Assembly: GCA_963667195.1 (NCBI GenBank)
Contig: OY762962.1
Location: 162,896-226,895, forward strand
Direction: 5' to 3'
Source of the DNA: Christensenellaceae bacterium
GTDB lineage: Bacteria > Bacillota > Clostridia > Christensenellales > CAG-138
DNA: 64,000 nucleotides
The translations under genes were made by a program, and so were the position numbers. The first letter of the stretch is position 1, and the number at the start of each line of letters is the position of its first letter. The notes under the pieces were generated by a model that made no database searches, was not told where the DNA came from, and saw only the letters and a program-made list of their open reading frames with translations. This document shows, in pieces, positions 29,429 to 38,745 of the stretch.

Positions 29429-30751
29429 TTACCTCCTCGCCTTGGCGGCCAGGTCTTCTCTCGCTGCCTTGAAGCTGGAGGAGAGATACCGCCGCGCGGG
29501 GCAGATATAGGAACAGGCACCGCAGAGGACGCAGTCCATCAAGCCGTGCTGCTTGGCGCTGTCCGTGTCGTGTTTGTCGAGATCCGCGCGCATGAGATAC
29601 GGATGCAGCCCAATCGGGCAAACATGCACGCAGCGCGCGCAGCGGATGCAGGCGCTCTCCTGAACGGCCTTTGCCTGCTTTTCGTCCAGCACGACGATGC
29701 CGTTGGTCGCTTTGGTGATTGTCGATTCCAAGTCCGCGGTGCAAAGCCCCGTCATGGGTCCGCCCGCGAAAACCTTCTTTGCGTCTTCCACCAAGCCACC
29801 GCAGGCGTTGATCGCGTCTTCATAACGCGTGCCGACGCGAAGCAGCAGGTTGCCCGGCTCCTTGACCCCGCCGGTCACGGTCGTGACGCGCTCGATCAGC
29901 GGTTTGCCGAGCGTCACCGCATCGTGGATCGCGGCGGCGGTGCTGACGTTAAAGACAAGCACACCCGCATCCAACGGAAGCTTTCCGCGCGGGACTTCCC
30001 TGCCGGTGACCACGTGGATCAGCTGCTTTTCGGAGCCTTGCGGATACTTCGTCTTGAGCGGCATCACGGAAATTTCCGGTATTCCGCCGGTTGCCTCGCG
30101 CATTCTGGCGATCGCGTCGGGCTTGTTGGATTCAATCGCGACCACGGCGCGGGAAACACCCGTTGCGCGCAAGATGAGCTTGGCTCCGGCGACGATGCGC
30201 GCGCTCTGCTCAAGCATCATGCGGTGGTCGGCGGTTAGATACGGCTCGCACTCCGCGCCGTTGAGGATGATGACATCCGCCTGCTTGCCTTCCGGAACCG
30301 TCAGCTTGACATGCGTGGGAAACGCTGCTCCCCCCATGCCGCAGATGCCCGCGTCCTTGACGGCTGCGATGATGTCCGCCGGGCTTGCGGTCTGTGCGTT
30401 GAGCGGATGGAGCTCTACCCATTCGTCCGCGTGATCGTTCTGGATGGCGACGCACAACTCCGGCCTGCCTTTGAGCATCTGCCGCTCGTCCACAAAAAGC
30501 ACCTCTCCGGAGACGCTCGCGTGAACCGGCAGACCAAAGCCGCCGACGGGAGTCGCGATGACCTCACCAACCCGGACGCGCTGCCCTTTTGCCACGCAGG
30601 GAGCGCTTGGGGCTCCCAGATGCATGCCGACGGGGAGGACGACGAGATCCGCCGTAACCGTGCGGATGGGGCATGCCTGTGTCAGCGGTTTCCCTTCGCC
30701 AATGTGGTGAAGTGGATGAACACCGCCTCGAAACGTATTCCTCAATACCAT
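29429..30751 (-). CDS. rnfC: Rnf complex subunit C
   Basis: GGVHP, GMGGAAFPTHVK, NGAECEPYLTAD, YPQGSEKQL, GGPMTG, two 4Fe-4S motifs. Confidence 0.96.
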   Translation of the reverse strand: MVLRNTFRGGVHPLHHIGEGKPLTQACPIRTVTADLVVLPVGMHLGAPSAPCVAKGQRVRVGEVIATPVGGFGLPVHASVSGEVLFVDERQMLKGRPELCVAIQNDHADEWVELHPLNAQTASPADIIAAVKDAGICGMGGAAFPTHVKLTVPEGKQADVIILNGAECEPYLTADHRMMLEQSARIVAGAKLILRATGVSRAVVAIESNKPDAIARMREATGGIPEISVMPLKTKYPQGSEKQLIHVVTGREVPRGKLPLDAGVLVFNVSTAAAIHDAVTLGKPLIERVTTVTGGVKEPGNLLLRVGTRYEDAINACGGLVEDAKKVFAGGPMTGLCTADLESTITKATNGIVVLDEKQAKAVQESACIRCARCVHVCPIGLHPYLMRADLDKHDTDSAKQHGLMDCVLCGACSYICPARRYLSSSFKAAREDLAAKARR

Positions 30752-31070
30752 ACACCTGCCTTATTATTTGCTGACGCAACGGCGCGTCATGTAACCAAAC
30801 GAAAGATACGCATGCGGATTCGGTTTTGCACACGACCGGAACATTTGATGGGCGGAATGAAAAAATATGAAAGAAAATGCCGAAGGAAGTAACCTTCAAC
30901 CTTATCCAGTATACGGGACAAATCTGCAAAAGTACAGATTGACTAGCAAGTCAATGGTTGCATTACGAAACTTTTTTTGAATATTCGATTTCATGTGAAA
31001 CGATTGCTTCGTGCCCGCGCAAAGCGGATCATCAAATTCCGCCGTTCGTGCGAAGCCCTGTGGTTGATGA

Positions 31071-31099
31071 AAAAAGAACCGCCATGATAAGGCGGTTCT
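31071..31099 (-). terminator. Terminator after the amidase-like gene
   Basis: AGAACCGCC...GGCGGTTCT stem with a T-tract on the minus strand. Confidence 0.75.
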
Positions 31100-31113
31100 G
31101 GAATATACCTGTA

Positions 31114-31989
31114 TTATTGATTGACGCCAAGGTATTTCAAAATACCATCGACAATTCCCTGTGCCATCGTCTTTTGGAACTCTGCGTCGTTGATCTTCTT
31201 ATCCTCGGCGGAGTTGCTGATGTGGCCAAGGAACAGCGTCATGACCGGTGCCTTTGTATCGCTGAGGAAGGTTTCGTCGGTCTTATCGATGATCGACTGA
31301 TCCTTGACAACTCTGAGCGGCAATCCTGTCGCTTCTACATAGGCATCCAGCACGGCTTTTGCGAGCTTGTCGCAGTCCGACTTTTTGTCATGTTTCTCCG
31401 GCACCCAGGCCATTGCTCCGCGCGTATCGGAGGACTTGACAGAGTTGCACTCGATACGAACCGCAATCTCGACGTTTCCGTCGTTGAGCACCTTCACGCG
31501 CTCGGAAGCTGTCTTATCATCCTTCACGCTGGAGAGTGTGAACACAACCGTCGCGCCCATAGCTTCCAGCTTTTCTTTGACCAGTGTTGCCACGGCAAAA
31601 TTCAAGCGGTTTGCGTAAACCTTCGTGGAAACGCCCTGAATCTTGGAGCTGTATCCGCGCGCAGGATCGATGCCGATGATGCGGCCATCCAGCGCTCCGG
31701 CAGGCTCCGGCGTCGGGGTTGGTGTGGAGCCGGGCACGAGCGTCGGCGTAGGCGTCGGCTGCATGGGATCGACCGTTGGCGAAGGCGTTGCGGTGACCGG
31801 GGCAACCGTCGGCGCGGGCGTCGGGGTTGCGTGCGCAACCTGGTAGCTCACGATGGCGGGCGAGATGACACCGGCAACCAGTGCATACGTGATGCCCGCG
31901 AGCAGGACGAGGATCATCGCGCACAGAATACCAAACGCAAGCGGGTTATTGATGCGAAAAGTTCTCCTGCGCTTAACGATCTTTTTCAT
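31114..31989 (-). CDS. Membrane-anchored N-acetylmuramoyl-L-alanine amidase (Amidase_3)-like protein, catalytic residues degenerate
   Basis: TM and Pro/Thr linker, then IIGIDP, LEAMGATVVFT, ERVKVLN, GHISN..D, IVDGILKYL; RBS GAGGTG. Confidence 0.8.
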   Translation of the reverse strand: MKKIVKRRRTFRINNPLAFGILCAMILVLLAGITYALVAGVISPAIVSYQVAHATPTPAPTVAPVTATPSPTVDPMQPTPTPTLVPGSTPTPTPEPAGALDGRIIGIDPARGYSSKIQGVSTKVYANRLNFAVATLVKEKLEAMGATVVFTLSSVKDDKTASERVKVLNDGNVEIAVRIECNSVKSSDTRGAMAWVPEKHDKKSDCDKLAKAVLDAYVEATGLPLRVVKDQSIIDKTDETFLSDTKAPVMTLFLGHISNSAEDKKINDAEFQKTMAQGIVDGILKYLGVNQ

Positions 31990-32360
31990 GCTCTCCACCT
32001 CAGTCGTGCTATCATGAGTATTGTAACACGCTCCTTCTTAAAAGTACCATAGGAAAACACAAGATTTTCAAATTTTCCACGTTTTTGTTGGAAAAAAGTC
32101 ATGACTGTATCAAGCCGGAAAGCAGAATCCGCCTTGCCGAAAATCGGCAAAAGCCGCACAGGTGTCCGTGTTTTTATTTCTCAGGCTGTCTATACCAGTC
32201 GATGTTTGGTTCCGTGATACGTTTATGCCATGTCGCAGCAACTTCACAATTAGAAACGATCGTTTTTCAAGCTTCGAATTTCAGGACAACACGCATGAAA
32301 TTTGTGTTTCCGCGCGGGAAGGGCTTGTAGGAAAGCCGATGGAGAATCTATAATACAGCT

Positions 32361-33230
32361 ATGCCGTACAATTTTACACATGCGCTGGTTGGCCTCACCG
32401 CGCTGAAACATACTTCCGAGGCCGTCTCCTCCCTGGTTTACGCGAACCTTGGAGAATTCCTGATCGGCACCATGGGCCCCGATCCGTATTTCGGGGACGC
32501 CATGCCAAAGCCACTCTTTGCGCAGTGCCGCCTCGACCTTGCGGATAAGCTCCACAAGCACGACGCGCGTGCGCTGTTTGCCGCGTTGTTCCCGCTCGCA
32601 GGCGACAGCGCACCAAAGCAGGCGTATGTGCTTGGTTTTTTGTGCCATTTTCTGCTGGACACCAACGCGCATCCGTATATCGAAGCCCGCTTCTTTGGCA
32701 AGGCGCATACGCCCGCGGAGATTCAAATCGACCTGATGATGACCTCACGTCTTGCCTATCCCGGCGTACCGGAAAAGCCGCGCGCGTTTTACAAAACCGC
32801 TCATTTAAAAGAGTTGGATGTGTTACATGCGGAGCTATCCAAAAGGCTCTTCTCCATGGACACGCGCGGAGGATTTGCACGCGGGTTTCGCAAATGGATT
32901 CTCGTCAACACGCTTTCCTACGATCCGAACAACCGCAAACTGCGATTTTTCTCCTGTTTGGAAACGCTGATTCGCAAACCGGGGAAGCTCACTTCCTATC
33001 TTGTCTCGCGTCATCCTGATCCAAACGACCGATTGAATCTCAACCACGCGGTCTGGCGCGCGCCCTGGGACGAAACCGCGCGCACGGAATCGTTTGTCGA
33101 GCTGTTTGAGCGCGCCTGCGGCGAAGCGCCGGAGCTCATGACTACCGCGCTCTGCGCCATGACCGGCGGTGACAGCACGGAAGCAATCGAACGGATCGGC
33201 GCGCGGAGGATGGATGCAAGACCTGTTTGA
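32361..33230 (+). CDS. Zinc-dependent phospholipase C / P1-nuclease fold family protein
   Basis: N-terminal MP..FTH, GTMGPD, LH, GFLCHFLLD..AHPYI, H...E..ID. Confidence 0.8.
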   Translation: MPYNFTHALVGLTALKHTSEAVSSLVYANLGEFLIGTMGPDPYFGDAMPKPLFAQCRLDLADKLHKHDARALFAALFPLAGDSAPKQAYVLGFLCHFLLDTNAHPYIEARFFGKAHTPAEIQIDLMMTSRLAYPGVPEKPRAFYKTAHLKELDVLHAELSKRLFSMDTRGGFARGFRKWILVNTLSYDPNNRKLRFFSCLETLIRKPGKLTSYLVSRHPDPNDRLNLNHAVWRAPWDETARTESFVELFERACGEAPELMTTALCAMTGGDSTEAIERIGARRMDARPV

Positions 33231-33738
33231 CCGGATCAGCGGCTGCTGCTTCACCGGGCATCGACCCGACGCGCTGCCCGCATACGGAAACGAAGCTTCC
33301 GAGGAGATGCAGTCTCTCGTGTACCTACTGGATCGCGCGGTGGAGCGCGCGATTGAGGACGGCGTCACGGAGTTTTACGTTGGCGGCGCGCAGGGGTTCG
33401 ATACGCTGGCGGCCGAGTGTGTGCTGCAAAAGCGGAACATGCACCCGGCGCTCTCCCTTCACCTTGCTCTACCGGGACAAAACCAGACCAGCGGCTGGAG
33501 CGCGCGGGATCAGGCACGGTATGAGGCAATTCTTCACGAGGCAAACGAGGTTTGGTTTGCGGCCGAGCTCTGCTCGCCGGAGTCGATGAAGCGAAGAAAC
33601 CGCTATCTGGTCGATCACGCGGGTCGCTGCATCGCGTATCTGAGGCGCATGCGCGGCGGCACGCTCTACACCGTCAACTACGCGCTCGATTCCGAAATCC
33701 CCGTCGATAATCTCGCGGAGCGCATGATGATGCTATAA
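33214..33738 (+). CDS. SLOG family protein (YspA/DUF1273-like)
   Basis: CCFTGHRP, GGAQGFD, RNRYLVDH, GGTLYTVNYA; RBS GGAGG; overlaps the upstream gene. Confidence 0.88.
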   Translation: MQDLFDRISGCCFTGHRPDALPAYGNEASEEMQSLVYLLDRAVERAIEDGVTEFYVGGAQGFDTLAAECVLQKRNMHPALSLHLALPGQNQTSGWSARDQARYEAILHEANEVWFAAELCSPESMKRRNRYLVDHAGRCIAYLRRMRGGTLYTVNYALDSEIPVDNLAERMMML

Positions 33739-33902
33739 ATCATTCCCAATCAAGAAGAGGGCTTTCACAAAATCGCGCCGATCACGGCACGTTTTTATTT
33801 GCTTGCCAGCAATTTTTATTCATGTTACAATTCGTTTCACCATTTCTCAGAACAATCTCGGAGCCAGAAACAAAAGAAAGTTTTAGGTGAAACGCGCTTA
33901 AT

Positions 33903-35303
33903 ATGGAAGAAATCACGATCCCAGCCGCCCCTGTGCGGGTCAATAAGATGGCGATTCAGCCGGAGGGCAAGCTGCTCTTCGGCATGGGTGCTCCGCTTGC
34001 GCTCTCTATGATGGTGCAGGCACTCTACAACATCGTGGACAGCATTTTCGTCTCCTATCTGGGAGAAAATGCGCTGACCGCGGTTTCGCTTTCCTACCCG
34101 ATCTTTATGCTGATGATCTCCGTTGCGGTCGGCACCGGCGTCGGTATCAACTCGCTGATTTCACGCAGGCTCGGCGCTAAGCGGCATGACGAGGCGGAGC
34201 ACGCGGCGGGCAACGGCTTAACGGTGATGTTACTCTCCATGCTGGCGTTCGTGCTTTTCGGCATCTTTGGCACGCGCCCGTTCATGCAGGCGTATACGAC
34301 GAACCCGGAGACGCTGGAATACGGAGTGACCTATCTCTCGATCATCCTGACCTGCTCCGTGGGTCTCTTTATGCAGATCTACTGCGAACGCATCCTCCAA
34401 TCTCAGGGCAAGAACCTGTATATTATGCTCGTACAGATCGCGGGCGCGGTGTTCAACATCGTGTTCGATCCCATCCTGATTTTCGGGTTATTGGGTTTCC
34501 CGAAGCTCGGCATGGCGGGCGCCGCCATCGCGACCGTCGGCGGGCAGATCCTCGCGATGCTGCTTTCGTTTGTGCTGCTCTATAGCAAGAAAAACGAGGT
34601 GCGCATCCGCGCGAAATACCTGATCCCCCGCGCGCATGTCGTGAGAGAGATCTATGCGGTCGGAGCGCCCAGCATCATCCTCCAGACGCTTGGCACGGTG
34701 ATGACCCTCGCGCTCAACGGCATCCTCATCGCGTATACAGAGACCGCGGTGGCGGTGTTTGGCGTATACTTCCGCGTGCAATCCATTGCGCTCATGCCGC
34801 TGTTTGGCATGACCAACGCCGCGATGAGCATCATCGCCTTCAACTACGGCGCGCAGAACAGAAAGCGCGTGATGCGCACCTGGCGGCTTGCGCTGATCTC
34901 CGGCACCATTATGATGCTGATTATGACGCTCGCGTTTCTGCTGCTGCCGGATCAAATACTGAGCCTCTTCAACGCAACGCAGGAGATGCTTCGTATCGGA
35001 AGATCCGCGATGACCATCATTCCGATAGGACTCGTGCTGGCCTCGGTCAGCATCGTCTGTTCGGTTCTGTTTCAGGCAATTGGAAACGGCAGCTACAGCA
35101 TGTATCTCTCCCTCGCGCGGCAGCTCATCGTGCTCGTTCCCGTGGCGTGGCTGCTCTCAACGCTGTTTCACGAAGTGACCGCGGTTTGGTGGGCGTTCCC
35201 GATTGCGGAGGTGTTTACGATCATCATCGCACTCATCATGTTTGCGAAGATCTACAAAGAACGCATTCGCACCATGCCGCCGGAACCGCAGGCTTTTGCG
35301 TAG
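33903..35303 (+). CDS. MATE family efflux transporter
   Basis: 12 TM pattern, QALYNIVDSIFV, NIVFDPILIFG, GAAIAT. Confidence 0.93.
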   Translation: MEEITIPAAPVRVNKMAIQPEGKLLFGMGAPLALSMMVQALYNIVDSIFVSYLGENALTAVSLSYPIFMLMISVAVGTGVGINSLISRRLGAKRHDEAEHAAGNGLTVMLLSMLAFVLFGIFGTRPFMQAYTTNPETLEYGVTYLSIILTCSVGLFMQIYCERILQSQGKNLYIMLVQIAGAVFNIVFDPILIFGLLGFPKLGMAGAAIATVGGQILAMLLSFVLLYSKKNEVRIRAKYLIPRAHVVREIYAVGAPSIILQTLGTVMTLALNGILIAYTETAVAVFGVYFRVQSIALMPLFGMTNAAMSIIAFNYGAQNRKRVMRTWRLALISGTIMMLIMTLAFLLLPDQILSLFNATQEMLRIGRSAMTIIPIGLVLASVSIVCSVLFQAIGNGSYSMYLSLARQLIVLVPVAWLLSTLFHEVTAVWWAFPIAEVFTIIIALIMFAKIYKERIRTMPPEPQAFA

Positions 35304-35310
35304 AATTTCC

Positions 35311-35340
35311 AGCAGGCGTCCTCGGGCGCCTGTTTTTTTT
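35311..35340 (+). terminator. Terminator after the MATE gene
   Basis: CAGGCGTCC-TC-GGGCGCCTG followed by T8. Confidence 0.75.
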
Positions 35341-35444
35341 GCGCAATTCTAAATCGCGCGGGCTTTTTGTACGAACAGATTCGGATTCAACGATTGCGCA
35401 CCAGAGCAGAATGTGCGAAAATATCCAAAAGGGGGATTTGCCGC

Positions 35445-35867
35445 ATGGAACGTATTTCAAAACGGGATTACTACCTCAAGATCGCATCCGAGGTCGCAAA
35501 GCGCTCCACCTGCCTGCGCAGGCAATACGGCGCGGTCATCGTGAAAAACGACGAGATCATCGCCACCGGATACAACGGCGCCCCGCGCGGAGATGAAAAC
35601 TGCTGCGACGTCGGCTCCTGCTGGCGGGACCGCCACAACATTCCCCACGGCGAGCAGTATGAAAAGTGCGTCGCCGTCCATGCGGAAGCAAACGCAATCA
35701 TCAGCGCGAGCCGAAACGAAATGCTCGGAAGCACGCTGTACCTCTACGGCTTCGAGGGATTTGATAAACCGATTGAGAACCCCGAACCGTGCATCATGTG
35801 CAACCGTCTCATCAAGAACGCGGGCATCGACCACGTCATCAACATGCTTGGAGAAGTGAAACTATGA
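35445..35867 (+). CDS. dCMP deaminase family protein
   Basis: RSTCLRRQYGAVIV, TGYNGAP, HAEANAI, PCIMC. Confidence 0.93.
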   Translation: MERISKRDYYLKIASEVAKRSTCLRRQYGAVIVKNDEIIATGYNGAPRGDENCCDVGSCWRDRHNIPHGEQYEKCVAVHAEANAIISASRNEMLGSTLYLYGFEGFDKPIENPEPCIMCNRLIKNAGIDHVINMLGEVKL

Positions 35868-36622
35868 ATCAAATGCGGGTTGGCGAGGGAACCGTGGTGT
35901 TGCTCGCCGGCGGCGGCAAGGTGTATACCGACGTTGCCGCGCGTTTTACACGCAGCGAACGCGGCTTGAGCGAGATCATCGCCTCGCCGTATAACGCGGA
36001 CCTCGTGCGCAGCATCATCGAAAAAGGGCACCTCGCCGCAACCGAATTCGACTATTTCCTCTTCGGCGTGGAGGGGTATTCCCGCGTGACAGAGGTGCAG
36101 CTGGTACGCAAGCGCCTTGCGAGCTACCTCATCAAGAGCGGCCGCGTGCAAAAGGGCGGCAAGCGTTCTTACGACGTGGTATTGCCGGACTCCATCCTGC
36201 CTCATCAGGCCGCCTGCACCTTACCGGATGGAACGACCGTTTCACTTAACGCGGTCGATCTGCTGAACATGCTTGAAGAGTGGTACAACCAGGGCGTGGA
36301 GGCCGGATTCAAAGAGGAAGACCTTCGCTATCTCAAGCCGCAGGCGACGGAGTTTAAGGCGCTGATCGGCATGAATGCGCACGCGCTGCTGGACTGGTTC
36401 AAGATTCGCTGCTGCAAAAACGCGCAGGCGGAGATTCGCGACCTTGCCAACAAGATGATGCATCTTTGCAAGGAGGCAGCGCCCGCGCTCTTTGAGGACG
36501 CGGGGCCCAGCTGCGTCTCCCTCGGCTACTGCCCGGAAAACGAATTTCAGCATCCCTCCTGCCGGATAATCCGCAAAAAAGAAGCGCTGGAGATCCTACG
36601 AAATGCCTCGAAACAATCGTAA
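35864..36622 (+). CDS. thyX: FAD-dependent thymidylate synthase
   Basis: KGH....EF, SRV...QLVRKRLASYLIKSGR (RHRx7S variant), EDLRY, MNAH.L, RCC.NAQAEIR; ATGA-coupled to the dCMP deaminase. Confidence 0.85.
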   Translation: MNQMRVGEGTVVLLAGGGKVYTDVAARFTRSERGLSEIIASPYNADLVRSIIEKGHLAATEFDYFLFGVEGYSRVTEVQLVRKRLASYLIKSGRVQKGGKRSYDVVLPDSILPHQAACTLPDGTTVSLNAVDLLNMLEEWYNQGVEAGFKEEDLRYLKPQATEFKALIGMNAHALLDWFKIRCCKNAQAEIRDLANKMMHLCKEAAPALFEDAGPSCVSLGYCPENEFQHPSCRIIRKKEALEILRNASKQS

Positions 36623-36980
36623 ACCGCATATCGTCTGCCGCCGCTGCAAAACGCGCTTTACGGGCGCCTATTGCCCCTATTGCGGTGCGGAAAACGGCTC
36701 CGCGCGTGCGAGCCTGACCCGCGGCGGAATCATCGGAGGACTCCTGCGGTTTCTGTTTTCCTTGTTTATGCTCGCGCTGCTTCTGTCGATTGCGTTTATT
36801 GTGCTGGACTATATCGCGTCCGCCTCGGGAGACTCCCACGGCGCCGCCCGCGCGATTCTCGACAGCGCGCGGTATGCAATTCCGAAAAGTATTCTCGACG
36901 GCTACGCAGAGATCAAGGAGCAGTTTCTGGATCAGTGGGTCACGAACATCATCGATTTCTTCCGCGTATTGTTCAGCTAA
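36603..36980 (+). CDS. Hypothetical protein: zinc ribbon plus TM helix
   Basis: CRRC...YCPYCG, then a hydrophobic segment; overlaps the thyX end. Confidence 0.7.
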   Translation: MPRNNRKPHIVCRRCKTRFTGAYCPYCGAENGSARASLTRGGIIGGLLRFLFSLFMLALLLSIAFIVLDYIASASGDSHGAARAILDSARYAIPKSILDGYAEIKEQFLDQWVTNIIDFFRVLFS

Positions 36981-36998
36981 ATTTGATCTTTTGCATGC

Positions 36999-37034
36999 AA
37001 AAGAGCGTCCGGCTTTCACCGGACGCTCTTATTT
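36999..37034. terminator. Bidirectional terminator
   Basis: AAGAGCGTCCGG...CCGGACGCTCTT 12-bp stem. Confidence 0.8.
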
Positions 37035-37044
37035 GGTTTCTTCC

Positions 37045-37674
37045 TCAGGCTGCGACGCAGTTCCAGCCCGCAATCAACAGCGCAAGCACGGCAAGCCCGC
37101 AAAACGCGGCTGCGATCATGCCCTTCATGCCAAGCTTTCGCACCTTTACCTTGACCAGGAACGCAATCGCGGTCATCAGTAGGCACAGCGCATACAGCAG
37201 CAGAAAGCCGTTCTTCATCACGGGACGCAGCGTATAGATCATCGGAATCAGGATGGCGATCGTCGTGACAGGCAGGCCGTCGTAATAGACGCGCTTGCTG
37301 TTCTCGCAAAACTCGATCTCGTCCTCCGTCACGTTGTAGTAGGCAAGCCGAATCAGCGCGGCGAGTACATACACAATCAGCACCGCGGCTTCATACCAGC
37401 GCGTCATGCCGATGGAAAAGCCGATTGCGGCGGGCAGTATGCCAAAACAGACCAGATCCGCGAGGGAATCAATCTGAATCCCGAACTTCTTTTCGTCGAT
37501 CGTGCGTGCGCGGGTGCGCGCAATCGAGCCGTCGAATAGGTCGCAAAAGCCGGACACCATGAGGCAGACAACCGCCATGGACGTTCGTCCGTACATCGAA
37601 AGCCCAACCCCCAGCACCGCGCTGACCACGCCGATATACGTAAGAATCACCGTGTAATTATAGAACCCAACCAT
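37045..37674 (-). CDS. CDP-alcohol phosphatidyltransferase (phosphatidylserine synthase-like)
   Basis: DLFDGSIAR...FGIQIDSLADLVCFG, RLAYYN, GLP. Confidence 0.88.
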   Translation of the reverse strand: MVGFYNYTVILTYIGVVSAVLGVGLSMYGRTSMAVVCLMVSGFCDLFDGSIARTRARTIDEKKFGIQIDSLADLVCFGILPAAIGFSIGMTRWYEAAVLIVYVLAALIRLAYYNVTEDEIEFCENSKRVYYDGLPVTTIAILIPMIYTLRPVMKNGFLLLYALCLLMTAIAFLVKVKVRKLGMKGMIAAAFCGLAVLALLIAGWNCVAA

Positions 37675-37742
37675 CCATTTTCATTCCGTTCCCGCATTTT
37701 TTGGCATACGAAATAGAGCCAATACGTGCCATATGAATATTT

Positions 37743-38732
37743 TTACTTGTAATACGATTGATACCAGCTTGTGAATTGTTTTAGTCCTTCTTCGACTTGC
37801 GTGGAAGGATCAAAGCCAAAGTCGCGTTGCGTCTTCTCGATATCCGCATAGGTCTTTTCCACGTCTCCCGCCTGCATCGGCAAGAAACGCAGCTCGGCCT
37901 GTTTACCGAGTGCGGATTCGAGTGCGCGGATGAAATCGTGCAGCTTGACCGGGTTGTGGTTGCCGATGTTGTAGACGGCATTCGGCGCGCCAGTTTCGTC
38001 CGGTTTCGGCGGGCAGAAGAGCATCTTCTCCAGGCAGCTCGTTACATCATCGATATAGGTAAAGTCGCGGAGCATGTTCCCGCCGTTGTAAACGTCGATT
38101 GCTCTGCCTTCGAGAATCGCTTTTGTAAACTTAAAATACGCCATGTCCGGTCTGCCAAAGGGGCCATAGACCGTGAAAAAGCGCAATCCCGTCGCGGGAA
38201 CCCCGTAGAGATGTGAATAGGTATAGGCGAAGAGCTCGTTGCTCTTCTTTGTTGCGGCGTAGAGCGAGATGGGTTGGTCGACGCGATCCTCCACGGAAAA
38301 CGGTGTTTTGTCGCGGTTGCCGTAGACGGAACTGCTGGAGGCATAGAGAAAGTGTTCCACCGGATGGCGGCGCACTTCCTCCAGCACGTTGAAGAAGCCC
38401 AATACGTTACTCTCGATGTACGCGCGCGGATTTTCGATGCTGTAGCGAACACCGGCCTGCGCGGCAAGATGCACAACGACGGTGGGCTTTGCCTCCGCAA
38501 ACAAACGCGCGGTAAAGGCTTCGTCGGCCAGATTTCCCTCAAAAAACGTGAAGTTCGGGTATTTCGCGAGCTCACTTAACCTTGCGCGTTTGAGCGAGGG
38601 ATCGTAATAATCATTGACGCAGTCCGCGCCAACGATCCGCATCCCCTGCTTGAGCAGCCGCAAGGAAAGATGGTAGCCGATAAATCCCGCGGCACCCGTG
38701 ACCAGAATTGTTTTTTCGCTTTGGCTAAGCAA
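37743..38732 (-). CDS. UDP-glucuronate 4-epimerase-like NAD-dependent epimerase
   Basis: VTGAAGFIG, HLAAQAGVRYS, ASSSSVYG, YAATKKSNE, FFTVYGP.GRPDMA; TTG start inferred. Confidence 0.9.
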   Translation of the reverse strand: MLSQSEKTILVTGAAGFIGYHLSLRLLKQGMRIVGADCVNDYYDPSLKRARLSELAKYPNFTFFEGNLADEAFTARLFAEAKPTVVVHLAAQAGVRYSIENPRAYIESNVLGFFNVLEEVRRHPVEHFLYASSSSVYGNRDKTPFSVEDRVDQPISLYAATKKSNELFAYTYSHLYGVPATGLRFFTVYGPFGRPDMAYFKFTKAILEGRAIDVYNGGNMLRDFTYIDDVTSCLEKMLFCPPKPDETGAPNAVYNIGNHNPVKLHDFIRALESALGKQAELRFLPMQAGDVEKTYADIEKTQRDFGFDPSTQVEEGLKQFTSWYQSYYK

Positions 38733-38745
38733 ATGTCCTTCTCCT

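Noticed and set aside
31690-31830. Pro/Thr repeats in the amidase-like protein (also the Ala/Pro repeat at about 17350-17435 and xPET at about 52150-52195)
   Set aside because: Ordinary low-complexity protein linkers, not CRISPR or DNA-level repeat arrays.
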